Assembly (NCBI GenBank): GCA_963555995.3
Contig: OY821641.1
Coordinates: 2,528,001-2,592,000, forward strand
Length of the DNA: 64,000 nucleotides
Direction of reading: 5' to 3'
Source: Vicinamibacteria bacterium
GTDB taxonomy: Bacteria; Acidobacteriota; Vicinamibacteria; Marinacidobacterales; Marinacidobacteraceae
The notes beneath the pieces are model-generated. The model had not been told where the DNA came from. It ran no database searches and worked only from the letters and a program-made list of their open reading frames with translations. Of this stretch, positions 53,070 to 62,884 are shown piece after piece. Position 1 is the stretch's first letter. The number at the start of each line of letters is the position of its first letter. Position numbers and translations under genes: made by a program.

Positions 53070-54875
53070 TCAGTGGCGCCCCGGGCCGGCCCCCGGTCCC
53101 GCCGGGATGATCGGCAGGATGACCTTCGAGGGCCGGTCGGCGTCGTGGTAGATCGTGTTCTCCGCGATGACCACCGGCATGTCCTCGTCCATCTCGCGGC
53201 CGGTGTTGCCGTTCGGCAACCACTTCGGGAAGGAACTGCTGGAGACCGTCATCCGGATGCGGTGGCCCGCCTTGAAGAGGTTCGAGATGGGGTACATCTC
53301 GATGGTGAACTTGTACACCTCGCCCGGGTTCATCAGGACGGGCGCCTCGTCACCCTCGCGGTAGCGCGCGCGCAGGAGGTTCTGGCGGAGGGTCTGCGAG
53401 TAGCCGTCCGGGTGCACATCGGTGATCGTCACCGTCCAGTCGGTGTCCACCGCGCTGGATGAGGCCCAGAGTTCCACCGTCGGCATCCCGGTGACCTCGG
53501 TGTCCTCCTCGAGCACCGGCGTCGTGAAGGTCAGGCTGCGGCGGTCGGCGGGCCGGTTGTCGCGGGCGCCCATGGGCTGGATGAACAGGTCGCCGCCGAT
53601 GGACAGCACCGGATCGCGCGGGTCGTACTCGTAGGTGTCCGGCGCCTCGTCGCCGGGCGGTTCGGTGGAGAGCGTCCCGTCGTTCAGCGAATCAATGGAA
53701 TCGCTCTTCGCCGCCCGGAAGTAGTAGTCCGTCCGCACCTCGCGGGCGATCGGATACTCGTTCTCCCGCCGCCAGGTGTTCGCGCCCATGATGAACAGGC
53801 TCACCTTCGGCTCGTCCATGATGCCGTTGTCAATGCCCTTCAGGTGGTAGTCGAACCACCTGAGGCGCAGCGCGTTGTAATCAATGGCCGCCTCCGGCCC
53901 GAAGTCGAGATCGCCGATCACCCGGGCGTTGATGAGGCCGGCCCCGTGGAGCCACGGCCCGATGAACAGCCGCTGGGTGTCCCGGGCGTTCGCCATGCCC
54001 TGGGCCTGGATGCCGTTGAAGTGCCCCACCTGCGAGTGCGGATAGCGGTCGTACCAACTCGCGTAGTGCATGATCGGCGTGTCGATCTGGTCCCACTGCT
54101 CGTCCACCGCGTACTGCCGCCAGTAGTCGTTGTAGTACGGGTTCTCGATCATGTCGGTCATCATGCGGGTGAGCATGCTCCGGCCCATCGGCGCCTCGGT
54201 CTCGAGTCGCTGCTGGTGCCACTGCATCCAGGCCTGGTCGGCGCCGACGTAGCCGGTCCGCCGTCCGGGGTCGTCGAGCGGCACCGGCTGGACCATCTCG
54301 TTCTGCGAGAGCAGCCAGGTCGGCATGATCATGTGGAGCGCGCCGCCCGCCCAGTAGAGGTCCTTGTAGGCGTTCGAGGCCGAGTGCGCGCAGAACATGG
54401 CGGCCAGGTGCGGCGGCCGGGTCGGCGCGGTCAGGTACTGGTTGAAGCAGGTGAACGAGAGCCCCTGCGTCCCGACCTTACCGGTGGACCACGGCTGGGT
54501 GCCCGCCCACTCGATGGTGTCGTAGCCGTCCTGCCGCTCGTGCCACGCCTGGTCGAGCAGCCAGTGGTAGGTGCCCTCCGAGTTGTAGCGGCCACGCTCG
54601 TCCTGGACGATCGCGACGTAGCCGCGCTGGGCGAAGTACGGCGCGAACCGGTGCGCGCAGTCACCCTTGTTGTACGGCGTCCGCTCCAGGATGACGGGCC
54701 ACGGCCCGTCCCCCTGGTTGTTGGGCATGTACACGTCCGTGGCCAGGTTGGTGCCGTCGCGCATCGGCACCATCACCTCCTCGCAGGTGTAGGGCTGGGC
54801 AGCGGCGGCGCCGGCCGCCAGCAGCATGAGTGCGGCGCCAAACAGAATCCGCGTCGAACAGCTATTCAAGACCAT
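53070..54875 (-). CDS. CocE/NonD-family serine hydrolase (secreted)
   Basis: VPMRDG, RTPY, QDERG, DGYDTIEW, nucleophile GLSF, IGPWLH; signal peptide after ATG 54875. Confidence 0.92.
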   Translation of the reverse strand: MVLNSCSTRILFGAALMLLAAGAAAAQPYTCEEVMVPMRDGTNLATDVYMPNNQGDGPWPVILERTPYNKGDCAHRFAPYFAQRGYVAIVQDERGRYNSEGTYHWLLDQAWHERQDGYDTIEWAGTQPWSTGKVGTQGLSFTCFNQYLTAPTRPPHLAAMFCAHSASNAYKDLYWAGGALHMIMPTWLLSQNEMVQPVPLDDPGRRTGYVGADQAWMQWHQQRLETEAPMGRSMLTRMMTDMIENPYYNDYWRQYAVDEQWDQIDTPIMHYASWYDRYPHSQVGHFNGIQAQGMANARDTQRLFIGPWLHGAGLINARVIGDLDFGPEAAIDYNALRLRWFDYHLKGIDNGIMDEPKVSLFIMGANTWRRENEYPIAREVRTDYYFRAAKSDSIDSLNDGTLSTEPPGDEAPDTYEYDPRDPVLSIGGDLFIQPMGARDNRPADRRSLTFTTPVLEEDTEVTGMPTVELWASSSAVDTDWTVTITDVHPDGYSQTLRQNLLRARYREGDEAPVLMNPGEVYKFTIEMYPISNLFKAGHRIRMTVSSSSFPKWLPNGNTGREMDEDMPVVIAENTIYHDADRPSKVILPIIPAGPGAGPGRH

Positions 54876-54964
54876 GGGGACTACCTCCAATCCGTCAAGT
54901 CGGTAGGACCGGCGACGGTACGTGCGACCCTCCGGCTCTGTCAACGGGGATAGTGGCGCGCCGG

Positions 54965-55120
54965 CTTGGAACGCCGGTCTCCGACCGGCACGCGCGGCGC
55001 TCCGCGCCGCGCACGTCGTGCCGCTCCTCGCGCCCGATGACACCACCGGCTGGAACGCTCTCCCACCGGACGGCACCCCCGCCCGGAACGCCGGCTTCAG
55101 CCGCCACCACCCGCCGCAGG
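54965..55120. repeat. REP-like palindrome cluster abutting the hicA stub
   Basis: Copies near 54965 and 55085; another at 55511. Confidence 0.75.
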
Positions 55121-55202
55121 CTGCCGGCCTTGCCTCCACGAAACGACGGGAGGCGAGGATGCGGCAGACATCCCGGCCGGAAAGAACGCGCCGCCTACTG
55201 GG
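55121..55202 (-). pseudogene. hicA: HicA toxin N-terminal stub
   Basis: RRVLSGRDVCRILASRRFVEAR ends just before the expected GSH motif, at REP-derived sequence. Confidence 0.7.
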
Positions 55203-55416
55203 CGGCGACCTCAACCTGCGTCACGTAGATCTCTCCACGAAGGCGCCGGTCGAGTTCCTCGGCGGAGGCGGTCTCGAAGAAGAGGGTCAGCGCTTCCGTC
55301 AGGTTCGCGCGTGCTTCGGCAACGGTGTCTCCCTGGCTCGCGACATCCACTTCGGGACACAGCGCGACATATCCGTCGGCCTCACGTTCAACGATTGCAG
55401 TCAGGTGGCGCGTCAT
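55195..55416 (-). CDS. hicB: HicB-family antitoxin (short form)
   Basis: TAIVEREADGYVALCPEVDVASQGDTVAEARANLTEAL. Confidence 0.9.
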   Translation of the reverse strand: MTRHLTAIVEREADGYVALCPEVDVASQGDTVAEARANLTEALTLFFETASAEELDRRLRGEIYVTQVEVAAQ

Positions 55417-55589
55417 CGCGCCCTCATCCTATCGCCACTCCGACGCCGATCCCCACCCTCCCGGACGGCGCCCCCGGCTGGGAACGCTCTCCCGCACGAC
55501 CGCACGACGGCTTGGAACGCCGGTCTCCAGACCGGCACCGCCCGCCGCAGGCGGGCGAGAAGCGGAGCAGCGCTCCCGGCGTCCAGCTC

Positions 55590-57194
55590 TCACTTCGGAA
55601 TCTGTCCAGCCCGGGATTCCGGGAGGGCCCCGCCCAGCAGCAGGTCCCGGAACCACTCCGGCGGCGCAGCGCCGGGCCGGAGCGTGATCGCCCCGACCCG
55701 GTTGTCCGCGACGAATGTTTCATCCGCGAGCCACGATGCCGCGCTCACGTCTGGCACGAGCAGCAGGGTCGCGTCGGATCGTTCCCCGTCCCAGCGGAGC
55801 GCGTCCTGATAGGGGTGGGCGGATTCCGCCATTCCGCCCACGATCCCCTCCGGGCGCGCGCGGTACTTCGCGTCAAGGACCACGAAACCGGAACCTTCCG
55901 CCAGCCCCTCCCGATGCAGGACGAGATCCGGCACGAACTGGGCGGAAACCGACCGCAAGTCCGCTCCGTGCCGCGACGCGGTCTTCTGCAGGAAGAGAGA
56001 GATCGCAGCGCGGTCGCCGCGCCGGAACCGGACCCACCGGCGGTCGCCCTTCTCCCGTCCCTGTGACTTCCGCCATTCCGCCTCCGGAAGCCATTCCCGC
56101 AGCCGACGCGCCAACTCCACGAAGCACCACCGCTCGTAGATCTCCCAAGTCGGGCTGAGCGGGAGGTCGTCCTCGGCGTCGCGATGGATTCCGGGCCGGA
56201 GGGCCTCCCACCCGGTCCGCCAGAACTGCGCGTACATCGGGTGCGCGGCGACGGCGTTCAGCCCGGCCGCGGTGATCTCGGGCCGCCGGGCGTCCCGGAA
56301 GGGCGACTTCCGCTCGGCGCGCTCGAAGCGCCGGGACATCCGGTCCAGAATCTCTTCCCAGCGGGGTAGCCGCGTCCGGAACCCGGTCCGGGTCTCGGCC
56401 TCGCCTTCCTTCCCCGCCTCGTCCCGCAGCCGTTCCCGCACCCGTCCGGCGCGTCGCCGGAGCGCCCGCAGCATGGTGAGCGCGGCGCGGTTCGCGGGAG
56501 CGTCGAGGCTGCGCTCGGCGGCCGGCGTGTCCAGGAACGGCGGGCTCGCGGGTGACGCCCCCATCTCCGCCGGGCGCGTCTGCGGGAGCGCCGCAAGCGC
56601 CGCCGGTTCGCGCAGCGCGGTGCGGAGCGTGCGGAGGTCGGCGCGGCGCACCCGGTGGAGCGGGACCCACTCCCGCCGGGTGCGCAACACGCTGCGCGGC
56701 TCACGGTGGATCGCGGCGATGGCGCGGACGAGCGCCCCTTCCCGGCGGCGGAGGCGCTCCAGCGCGACCAGCGGATCGTCCGCTTCCCCGAGAGCGCCGA
56801 GCCGTTCGCGGGCAGGCTCCGTCCCGAGCACCAGTTCGGGATCGTGGTCGAGGATCTCCGTCAACATGCGGTCGAAGGTTTCCGGGTCCGCCTTGTCCGG
56901 GTCCGGACTCACGCCGAGCCGCCAGCTCCCGAGCGCTGTTCCATCCGGTGCGAGAAGTTCGGCGCGCACCGGCCCGGCGTAGTAGCCGGGCCTCCAGACC
57001 CAGATCGCCTCTCCCGCTTCCAGGGGCTCGTCGTCCACCAGCAGACGGCATCCCTCAGGCATTCCCCGGCCTTCGGGAATCCGGAGCTCCGCCTCGCGCA
57101 ACTCGGAGAACGCGACGTTCGGCCCGGCGGGGTCGAGGGTCACCCACCCCTCTTCCCGCCGCACCTGGAGAGGAACGTGAGGAACGGTTGCCAC
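55590..57194 (-). CDS. DUF2357 / PD-(D/E)XK McrC-like nuclease
   Basis: WEIYERWCF, VPDLVL, VLDAKYR; 4 bp downstream of the McrB-like gene. Confidence 0.85.
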   Translation of the reverse strand: MATVPHVPLQVRREEGWVTLDPAGPNVAFSELREAELRIPEGRGMPEGCRLLVDDEPLEAGEAIWVWRPGYYAGPVRAELLAPDGTALGSWRLGVSPDPDKADPETFDRMLTEILDHDPELVLGTEPARERLGALGEADDPLVALERLRRREGALVRAIAAIHREPRSVLRTRREWVPLHRVRRADLRTLRTALREPAALAALPQTRPAEMGASPASPPFLDTPAAERSLDAPANRAALTMLRALRRRAGRVRERLRDEAGKEGEAETRTGFRTRLPRWEEILDRMSRRFERAERKSPFRDARRPEITAAGLNAVAAHPMYAQFWRTGWEALRPGIHRDAEDDLPLSPTWEIYERWCFVELARRLREWLPEAEWRKSQGREKGDRRWVRFRRGDRAAISLFLQKTASRHGADLRSVSAQFVPDLVLHREGLAEGSGFVVLDAKYRARPEGIVGGMAESAHPYQDALRWDGERSDATLLLVPDVSAASWLADETFVADNRVGAITLRPGAAPPEWFRDLLLGGALPESRAGQIPK

Positions 57195-57198
57195 CGCG

Positions 57199-59451
57199 CT
57201 ACCGCCAGAAGCGGAAACTTCCGGTCTCGTCGAGATCCTGGACGAGTTCCCTGACCTTGCGCGCCGAGTCCTTCAGCCCGGCGCCATCGAGCACTTCCCG
57301 GCACTCCTTGAGGGCCTTCCGGTATCGCTCCGAGTCGTCGCCGCGCAGCTTGGGAAGCACCTTGGCGTAGGCGATCTGATCGAGCGCCTCCTCGAACGAC
57401 ATCTCGGCGGAATCCGCGGCGCGCCGTTCGAGGAAGGCGACGAACTCCGAGATCACCCGCCAGCCGAAATGGAGCCGGGCCGGACTCAGCGCCGCCATCA
57501 ACTCGTTCAGCAGCTTCCGAACACGATCCCGTTCGTCGCCGGCCAGCTCGCACGCCTCCCAGCCCGGCCACGCGTCCACCTCGATGTCCCAGAACTCCCG
57601 CGTGAACGCCCGGTCCAGCACCTTGTCCGAGAGTCCCATCGTCGTCTCGTCCATGTTCACGGTGCCGATGAGGACCAGGTTCCGGGGATAGGGAATGCGC
57701 TGCGGCACGCCGAGCGCCATCTCGTCGGAGTCGTGGAACTCCACCATGCCGCCCTCCCGCTCCATCGCGCTGAGCAGCGGCGCGAGGTACTGCTCCGGAT
57801 GGGACAGGTTCATCTCGTCCAGCACGGCGACGTGGACCTCCTTGGGATTCCCCGCCGCGTGCAGCAGGAAGCGCTGGAAGTCGGTTCCCGCGTAGGCGCC
57901 GTCCAGCGGGTTCACGTACCCGAGGAGCGGGCTCGGGTCGTGCCAGCCGGGCGCGGCGGACACCGCGCAGAGCCGGACGGACGACTCGTCGTCGGCGCCC
58001 GTCAGGGCCCGCCCGTACTCCATCGCGAGCTGGGTTTTGCCGCTGCCCGAGAGCCCCGCGAGGATGGCGAAGTGGCGCCGTTCGTTCGCCCAGAGGCCGA
58101 GGTGGAGCGACTCGATCAGCTCGCGGGAGAAGGCGAGGTCGCGTTCGCTAGCGGCGGCCTGGACCCTTTCAACGATCTCACCGAGCGGCGGCACGAACAC
58201 CACCGGGATCGGGTCGTCGTCCTCGTAGCGTTTGGGGAACCAGTGACGCAGGAACCTGTCGTGGTCCTGCTCGGCTCCGTTGAACGTGAAGTCAATCAAG
58301 GCGTCCGCGGCCCAGGGAAGCGTTCCTGAACCGGGCGTGACTTTCCAAAGCGTCGTCCGTTCCGTGTAGAAGTACCACTCGCGGTGTGGTTCCATGGGCG
58401 TCCACTGCACACGGAGTTTGCGACCGTCTCCCATGTTCTCGGTCACGACACCGGTCGCCTTGATCGCCATCGTGGATGTGCTTTCACCCCTGTTGTCGAA
58501 CGGGAGACCGTGTTTCTTGGTGTAGGTGGACTTGATGGCGATACGGTCTCGGCGCTCTATCGACTTGACGCCATCCAGATACCTGTCGTCGTAACCGTTC
58601 TCCCATACACCGTCCCGCAGGAAGCGATCGGTCTGGTCCTCGTTGCCGAAAATCGCTCCGACGAACCAGCAGGGGCGATCTTCTGCGGGCTCAGGCGCGG
58701 CTCCCCCGCCACCGGCGACCGCGAACAAGACCGACTGCGCTTCCAGCCGGTCCCTGGGCCGTTCAAGGCCGGATTCGCGAGCGCGTCGAACGAGTTCGTC
58801 GAGGAATCCCAGTGCGTGGTCGTAGTGTGAGCCCTCGTCGCCGCTGGGGGCAGACGCCGGATGTCCGGTGCGTTCGTACGTCTCGGCGAACTCCGTCACC
58901 TTGTAGGGCGGAAACTGGCGGGCGTCGCGAGCCATCAGGAGAACGGCGATCCATCTCAGACGTGTGCCGGTGCCCTTAGTGGGCGCTTGCTTACCGCTGG
59001 GCAACCTGTCGGGAATCAGAGCCGTGAACGCGCGAATCCGATCGGCAGTTGACAGGCCGATGTCCTCAGCCCAGATTACTCGCAGAGCTTTCCGAGCTTC
59101 GTCCGGCTGCTCGCTGAACCAGTTACGCAGGCCGGTCTTGTCATAAGTGGAGGTGAGGTTGTTGCTGATCGCCTTCGCGACCGCGTCGAGGCAGTTCTCA
59201 TCACCCTGCAGAACGGCCCGACGGGCTTCCTGAAGCTGTCGCTCGATGGCGCGCTTGTAGTCGAGTTCTTCGCTATCCAGACGGCCAGTCTCGATGTAGC
59301 TACGCACTTCATCGAGGTAGAGGTTCCATCGACGGGTCACGCGCGCTCTTCCGGCAATCTCCGAAAGCCCCTCTGGCCCGTACTTGCGGCGTTTCGTCTC
59401 TATTGCCTTCTGCCCCGCCGATGGCGGTCCGCTTGGTAGATCCCTCGTCAT
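57199..59451 (-). CDS. McrB-like AAA+ GTPase with long composite N-terminus
   Basis: GLSGSGKT, LDEMNL, GTVNMDETT, LSDKVLDRA, KVLPKLRG. Confidence 0.9.
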   Translation of the reverse strand: MTRDLPSGPPSAGQKAIETKRRKYGPEGLSEIAGRARVTRRWNLYLDEVRSYIETGRLDSEELDYKRAIERQLQEARRAVLQGDENCLDAVAKAISNNLTSTYDKTGLRNWFSEQPDEARKALRVIWAEDIGLSTADRIRAFTALIPDRLPSGKQAPTKGTGTRLRWIAVLLMARDARQFPPYKVTEFAETYERTGHPASAPSGDEGSHYDHALGFLDELVRRARESGLERPRDRLEAQSVLFAVAGGGGAAPEPAEDRPCWFVGAIFGNEDQTDRFLRDGVWENGYDDRYLDGVKSIERRDRIAIKSTYTKKHGLPFDNRGESTSTMAIKATGVVTENMGDGRKLRVQWTPMEPHREWYFYTERTTLWKVTPGSGTLPWAADALIDFTFNGAEQDHDRFLRHWFPKRYEDDDPIPVVFVPPLGEIVERVQAAASERDLAFSRELIESLHLGLWANERRHFAILAGLSGSGKTQLAMEYGRALTGADDESSVRLCAVSAAPGWHDPSPLLGYVNPLDGAYAGTDFQRFLLHAAGNPKEVHVAVLDEMNLSHPEQYLAPLLSAMEREGGMVEFHDSDEMALGVPQRIPYPRNLVLIGTVNMDETTMGLSDKVLDRAFTREFWDIEVDAWPGWEACELAGDERDRVRKLLNELMAALSPARLHFGWRVISEFVAFLERRAADSAEMSFEEALDQIAYAKVLPKLRGDDSERYRKALKECREVLDGAGLKDSARKVRELVQDLDETGSFRFWR

Positions 59452-59668
59452 TCTCGCTACTCCTTGCCCAAGGCCTCCATAGCCTCCCCTCAAGCTAAGG
59501 GGCTACGTCTTCGGGGTGGCGTCCGCAGCCCTTCTGCTCCAGGCCCAAACTGAGTTCGGTCATTCCGTTCCCCTCTCCCGGACGGCGCCGGGGCGCGAAT
59601 GATCCCAACGTGGCGCGCCGAAACCTGTCATTCATCGGGCCGGCGGCGCGGCCCCGCGTTCCCGGCGC

Positions 59669-60859
59669 CTACGGGGCCTTCTCCAGGCGCACCGCCCGAG
59701 TGCGCACCGCGAGTAGCCGGCGCTCACCGTCCAGCTCGTGGTACACGACGATGGAGTGTTCGCGCGCCTCATCTGCGGCGACGTCGAAGGCATTGAGCCA
59801 CTCTGCCATCCGCGCCCGGACGGCGTGGTCCGCCTGGCGGATCGCCTCGATCCGCCGGAGGCGGGCGTCCGACTCCCTCTCCAGCCGGCGGCGCACCATG
59901 TCCGGCAGCTTCTCCACCCACCACCTCCGAGACTCCGCGTGCTCCTGGCGGAGTTGGCGCTGGAAGGCCCCCACCCGGTCCGCGTCGAAGGCCGTGTGGA
60001 AGTCGCCGACGCACCGTTCCGCCTTCTTCCGGAGCTCCGACTCGCGGTGCTCCACGAACTCGTGATCGTTCTGGAGCGTTAGACACACGTGGAGCATGTC
60101 GGCCCGGAGGTCGAGAATGGCGGCGAGGTGGAACCGGGCGAGATCGGCGACGGCGTGCCGCGCCTCGGGCTCCGAGGTGACCGGCGCCTCCACCAACAAC
60201 CCGAACTGGGCCCGCAACTCGCTCGCGGTCTTCCGGGCCAGCGTCAGCGTCGTCGCGCTGTCGGCCCCGAAGCGCCCGAACCGCGCGTACTCGGCCGCCA
60301 AGCCGTCCACCATGCTCGCCGCCGACTCAAAGCAGGCGTAGTCCCGGGCCTCCAGGACCTTCCGCACCCGCTCGACCTCCTCGACGAGCGCACCGAGTTC
60401 CCGCTGCACCCGATTGAGCCGCGCGGTCACCACGACCGCCGAGACGGTTGCAAACAGCATCAGCGGCGCCACCACCGGCGTCAGGGCGGTGCTGGCGGCG
60501 ACGAAGGGCGCTTGGGCGACGATTCCGCCCGGCCCCATGACCGCCGAGCCGACGCCGGTGCCGATCGTCATGAGCGTTGCCGGATTCGCCGTTGCCAGAA
60601 AGACGTTCCCCGCGAGCAGCGAGGAAGACGCCACGCTCCCGGCGCCCAGCGCCGGCAGGAGCCAGGCGCTCTCGACGATCCCGCCCGATTCGTGCGGTTG
60701 CTTCCCCGACTCGCGCCATGCCGCCCGCAGCAACTCGCTGGCGCTGGTCCCGAGGTCCACGAGCGCGAGCGAGCGCCCCTCGCGGGTCAGAACCTGTCCG
60801 ACCGGGTTCTGCGGCGCTTCCGGCGCAGGCTCAGACTTGTTCACGGCGTCCATCTCCAC
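59669..60859 (-). CDS. Hypothetical protein with Gly/Ala-rich hydrophobic segment and helical C-terminus
   Basis: 396-aa ORF with coding-like composition, co-oriented with the McrBC-like genes. Confidence 0.7.
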   Translation of the reverse strand: MEMDAVNKSEPAPEAPQNPVGQVLTREGRSLALVDLGTSASELLRAAWRESGKQPHESGGIVESAWLLPALGAGSVASSSLLAGNVFLATANPATLMTIGTGVGSAVMGPGGIVAQAPFVAASTALTPVVAPLMLFATVSAVVVTARLNRVQRELGALVEEVERVRKVLEARDYACFESAASMVDGLAAEYARFGRFGADSATTLTLARKTASELRAQFGLLVEAPVTSEPEARHAVADLARFHLAAILDLRADMLHVCLTLQNDHEFVEHRESELRKKAERCVGDFHTAFDADRVGAFQRQLRQEHAESRRWWVEKLPDMVRRRLERESDARLRRIEAIRQADHAVRARMAEWLNAFDVAADEAREHSIVVYHELDGERRLLAVRTRAVRLEKAP

Positions 60860-60899
60860 ATCGCGATGTTACGGGTTCGGTCCGGCGCATACCCCGAGG

Positions 60900-61517
60900 T
60901 CACGCGAAGTCACCCCGCGCCTCCCCTTCCGCGGCGGCGATGGCCCGGCGGTTCTCTCCCCGCTTCAGGAGGGCCAGCGGCGTGACGCCATCCAGCGACG
61001 ACCGCGGCGTGGTCAGCCAGACCCACGCGGCGTAGCCGTCGGAGAAACAGGGGACGATCCGGTCCAGCCCATCGGGGGGTCGGCCCCGCTCGTCGAGTTG
61101 CCCGGCCGGAAAAACATAGCCGCGCCGAGCGCTCTGCCAGCCGACGATTCTGCCCTTGCCGAGGTGGTTGAGGACGGATTGGCGGGTCTTGAAGCCCATG
61201 CGGGCGGCAAGTTCGTCGGAACTCAGAACGACTTCGCCGGGTCCGGGGCGCGTGATGGCGGATAGCCGTCGTGCCGCCTCCTCGGCGCTGACCTGATGGG
61301 GCGCCTCACCACGGATCGTCTCGGGCTCCACGGCCGGTGCGGACGTTCCCTCGGTCGCCAGGGTGGCCGCCACCGCCGCCAATGCGGAACCCACGGCCTC
61401 GGGATGTTGCGCCAGGGTGGCGATGTGGCGGGCGCTCAGATGGCGAGCGGCCGTGTGGACCACGTTTTCCAGCGCCCGGACTGGGCTTGTCTCTGCCTCG
61501 ATGACCGTGTTCTTCAT
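60900..61517 (-). CDS. HTH + Xre/MbcA/ParS-like antitoxin, no intact toxin
   Basis: LSSDELAARMGFKTRQSV, YVFPAGQ, WVWLTTPRSSLDGVTPLALLKRG. Confidence 0.8.
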   Translation of the reverse strand: MKNTVIEAETSPVRALENVVHTAARHLSARHIATLAQHPEAVGSALAAVAATLATEGTSAPAVEPETIRGEAPHQVSAEEAARRLSAITRPGPGEVVLSSDELAARMGFKTRQSVLNHLGKGRIVGWQSARRGYVFPAGQLDERGRPPDGLDRIVPCFSDGYAAWVWLTTPRSSLDGVTPLALLKRGENRRAIAAAEGEARGDFA

Positions 61518-61676
61518 GCCGTTGGCCTCACGACTGGATATTCGTCCATTTCGCCTATTCTGTCAACATGGTGTTTGGACCCGTGTTGTTTTTCCGCGTA
61601 AATCGGATCCCGGAGGGAACGACTTACCAGAAAGACGAGCGGTCCCGCTTTTGCCGCACGGCGTCACGCCGCGACG

Positions 61677-62804
61677 TTAGGGGTCCGGTGCAGCGTCCGG
61701 CCCGGTGGGGCGGGTCGCCCGGTAGGCCTGGCGGGGGTGGCTGCGGCTCTCGGGGTAGTGCAGTTCGAGGTGTCCGGCCTTCGTCATCGGGGTCAGGTAC
61801 CGGCGCTTCAGGTAGTTCGTGTCGAAACCGAGCCATGCCGCCAACTCGGCGGGACGGGTCCAGCCGCGAGCCTCCGTGATCTCAAGAATCAACCGGCGCA
61901 CAACGTCGGGGAGCGGGCGCGACGTCTGGCGGATCGCGCGGAGCTCGATCTGCATGTACTCGGGGATGTCGTCCGGCAGCGGCGGCGGGGTCGCCGGAGC
62001 GGGGACGGACGCCGGTTTCGGAGACGCCTTGCGCCGTCGGGCCGGCGCGGGGGACGGTTTCGGTCCGGGTCGCGGTTTCGGCGCAGGCGGCGGTCTCGAC
62101 TCGGGCGGCGGTCTCGACTCAGGCGGCAGTCCCCGCTCCGGGCGTGCCGCGGACCCGACCGGCCTCTCCGGGCGGACGGCTTCCGGTGCGGAGGCGGAGG
62201 ACGCCTCCCGTTGGGCGGCGGGTGCCGGCGGGTCGGGGGCGGGACCGCCACCGTCAGCGGTCCGGTCCGGGTCCGGCGCCGGAGCCGGGACCGGGTCGTC
62301 CATGACCTCTTCCAGGAACCGGGCGGCCCGCTTGGTGAGATCCGTGGCGCCGTCGGTGAACGTGGCGAAGGCGGCCCCCCACAGCACCATACGTTCGCCG
62401 AGGACGGCGCACCAGACCCCGAGCCGACCCAGCCGCCCCTCGGCGCTGCTCCAGTTCCGGCCCCAGGAGCCGACCCGCGCGCCGAGGTTCTGCACTCGGC
62501 GGCCGAGGAATCCGGCGAGCCGCAGGGCCTTGACGACCCGGCCCGAGCCGCGTCCCAGCCAGCGGAGGAAGCGGAGGAACCACTCGCCCAGCCGGACGAG
62601 CCACAGCCAGACGCCGACCCCGAACGTCCAGAGCCGCGGGCGCGGCTTCAGGACGAAGCGGCGGATGCCGGCGAGCCCGGGCGGCTGGCGCGACTCCAGG
62701 AGTCTGCGGACGGACTCGACCGTCTCGACCTCACCGGGATCCTCGCCGTGGGAGGAGGACGGAGGCGGCTCGTCCAACGGCTGCCGAAGGTTCAGGACGC
62801 CCAC
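61677..62804 (-). CDS. Protein with Trp/Arg-rich amphipathic N-region, Pro/Ala linker and C-terminal winged-helix domain
   Basis: WTFGVGVWLWLVRLGEWFLRFLRWLG; linker; AELAAWLGFDTNYLKRRYLTPMTKAGHLELHYPESRSHPRQAYR resembles the wHTH tail of Fic and AlbA/ATP-binding regulators. Confidence 0.75.
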   Translation of the reverse strand: MGVLNLRQPLDEPPPSSSHGEDPGEVETVESVRRLLESRQPPGLAGIRRFVLKPRPRLWTFGVGVWLWLVRLGEWFLRFLRWLGRGSGRVVKALRLAGFLGRRVQNLGARVGSWGRNWSSAEGRLGRLGVWCAVLGERMVLWGAAFATFTDGATDLTKRAARFLEEVMDDPVPAPAPDPDRTADGGGPAPDPPAPAAQREASSASAPEAVRPERPVGSAARPERGLPPESRPPPESRPPPAPKPRPGPKPSPAPARRRKASPKPASVPAPATPPPLPDDIPEYMQIELRAIRQTSRPLPDVVRRLILEITEARGWTRPAELAAWLGFDTNYLKRRYLTPMTKAGHLELHYPESRSHPRQAYRATRPTGPDAAPDP

Positions 62805-62884
62805 GCCGGTCAGCGCGCCCCGGCGGTTCGGGGAGTGGACGGGGAGCCGGGCATGTGCTTTCGGAGGAACCGAGGCGCGGTCGT

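Noticed and set aside
54876-55214. HicA-CocE fusion implied by ORF 53070..55214
   Set aside because: The frame stays open through REP DNA by chance; the hydrolase has its own signal peptide after ATG 54875.
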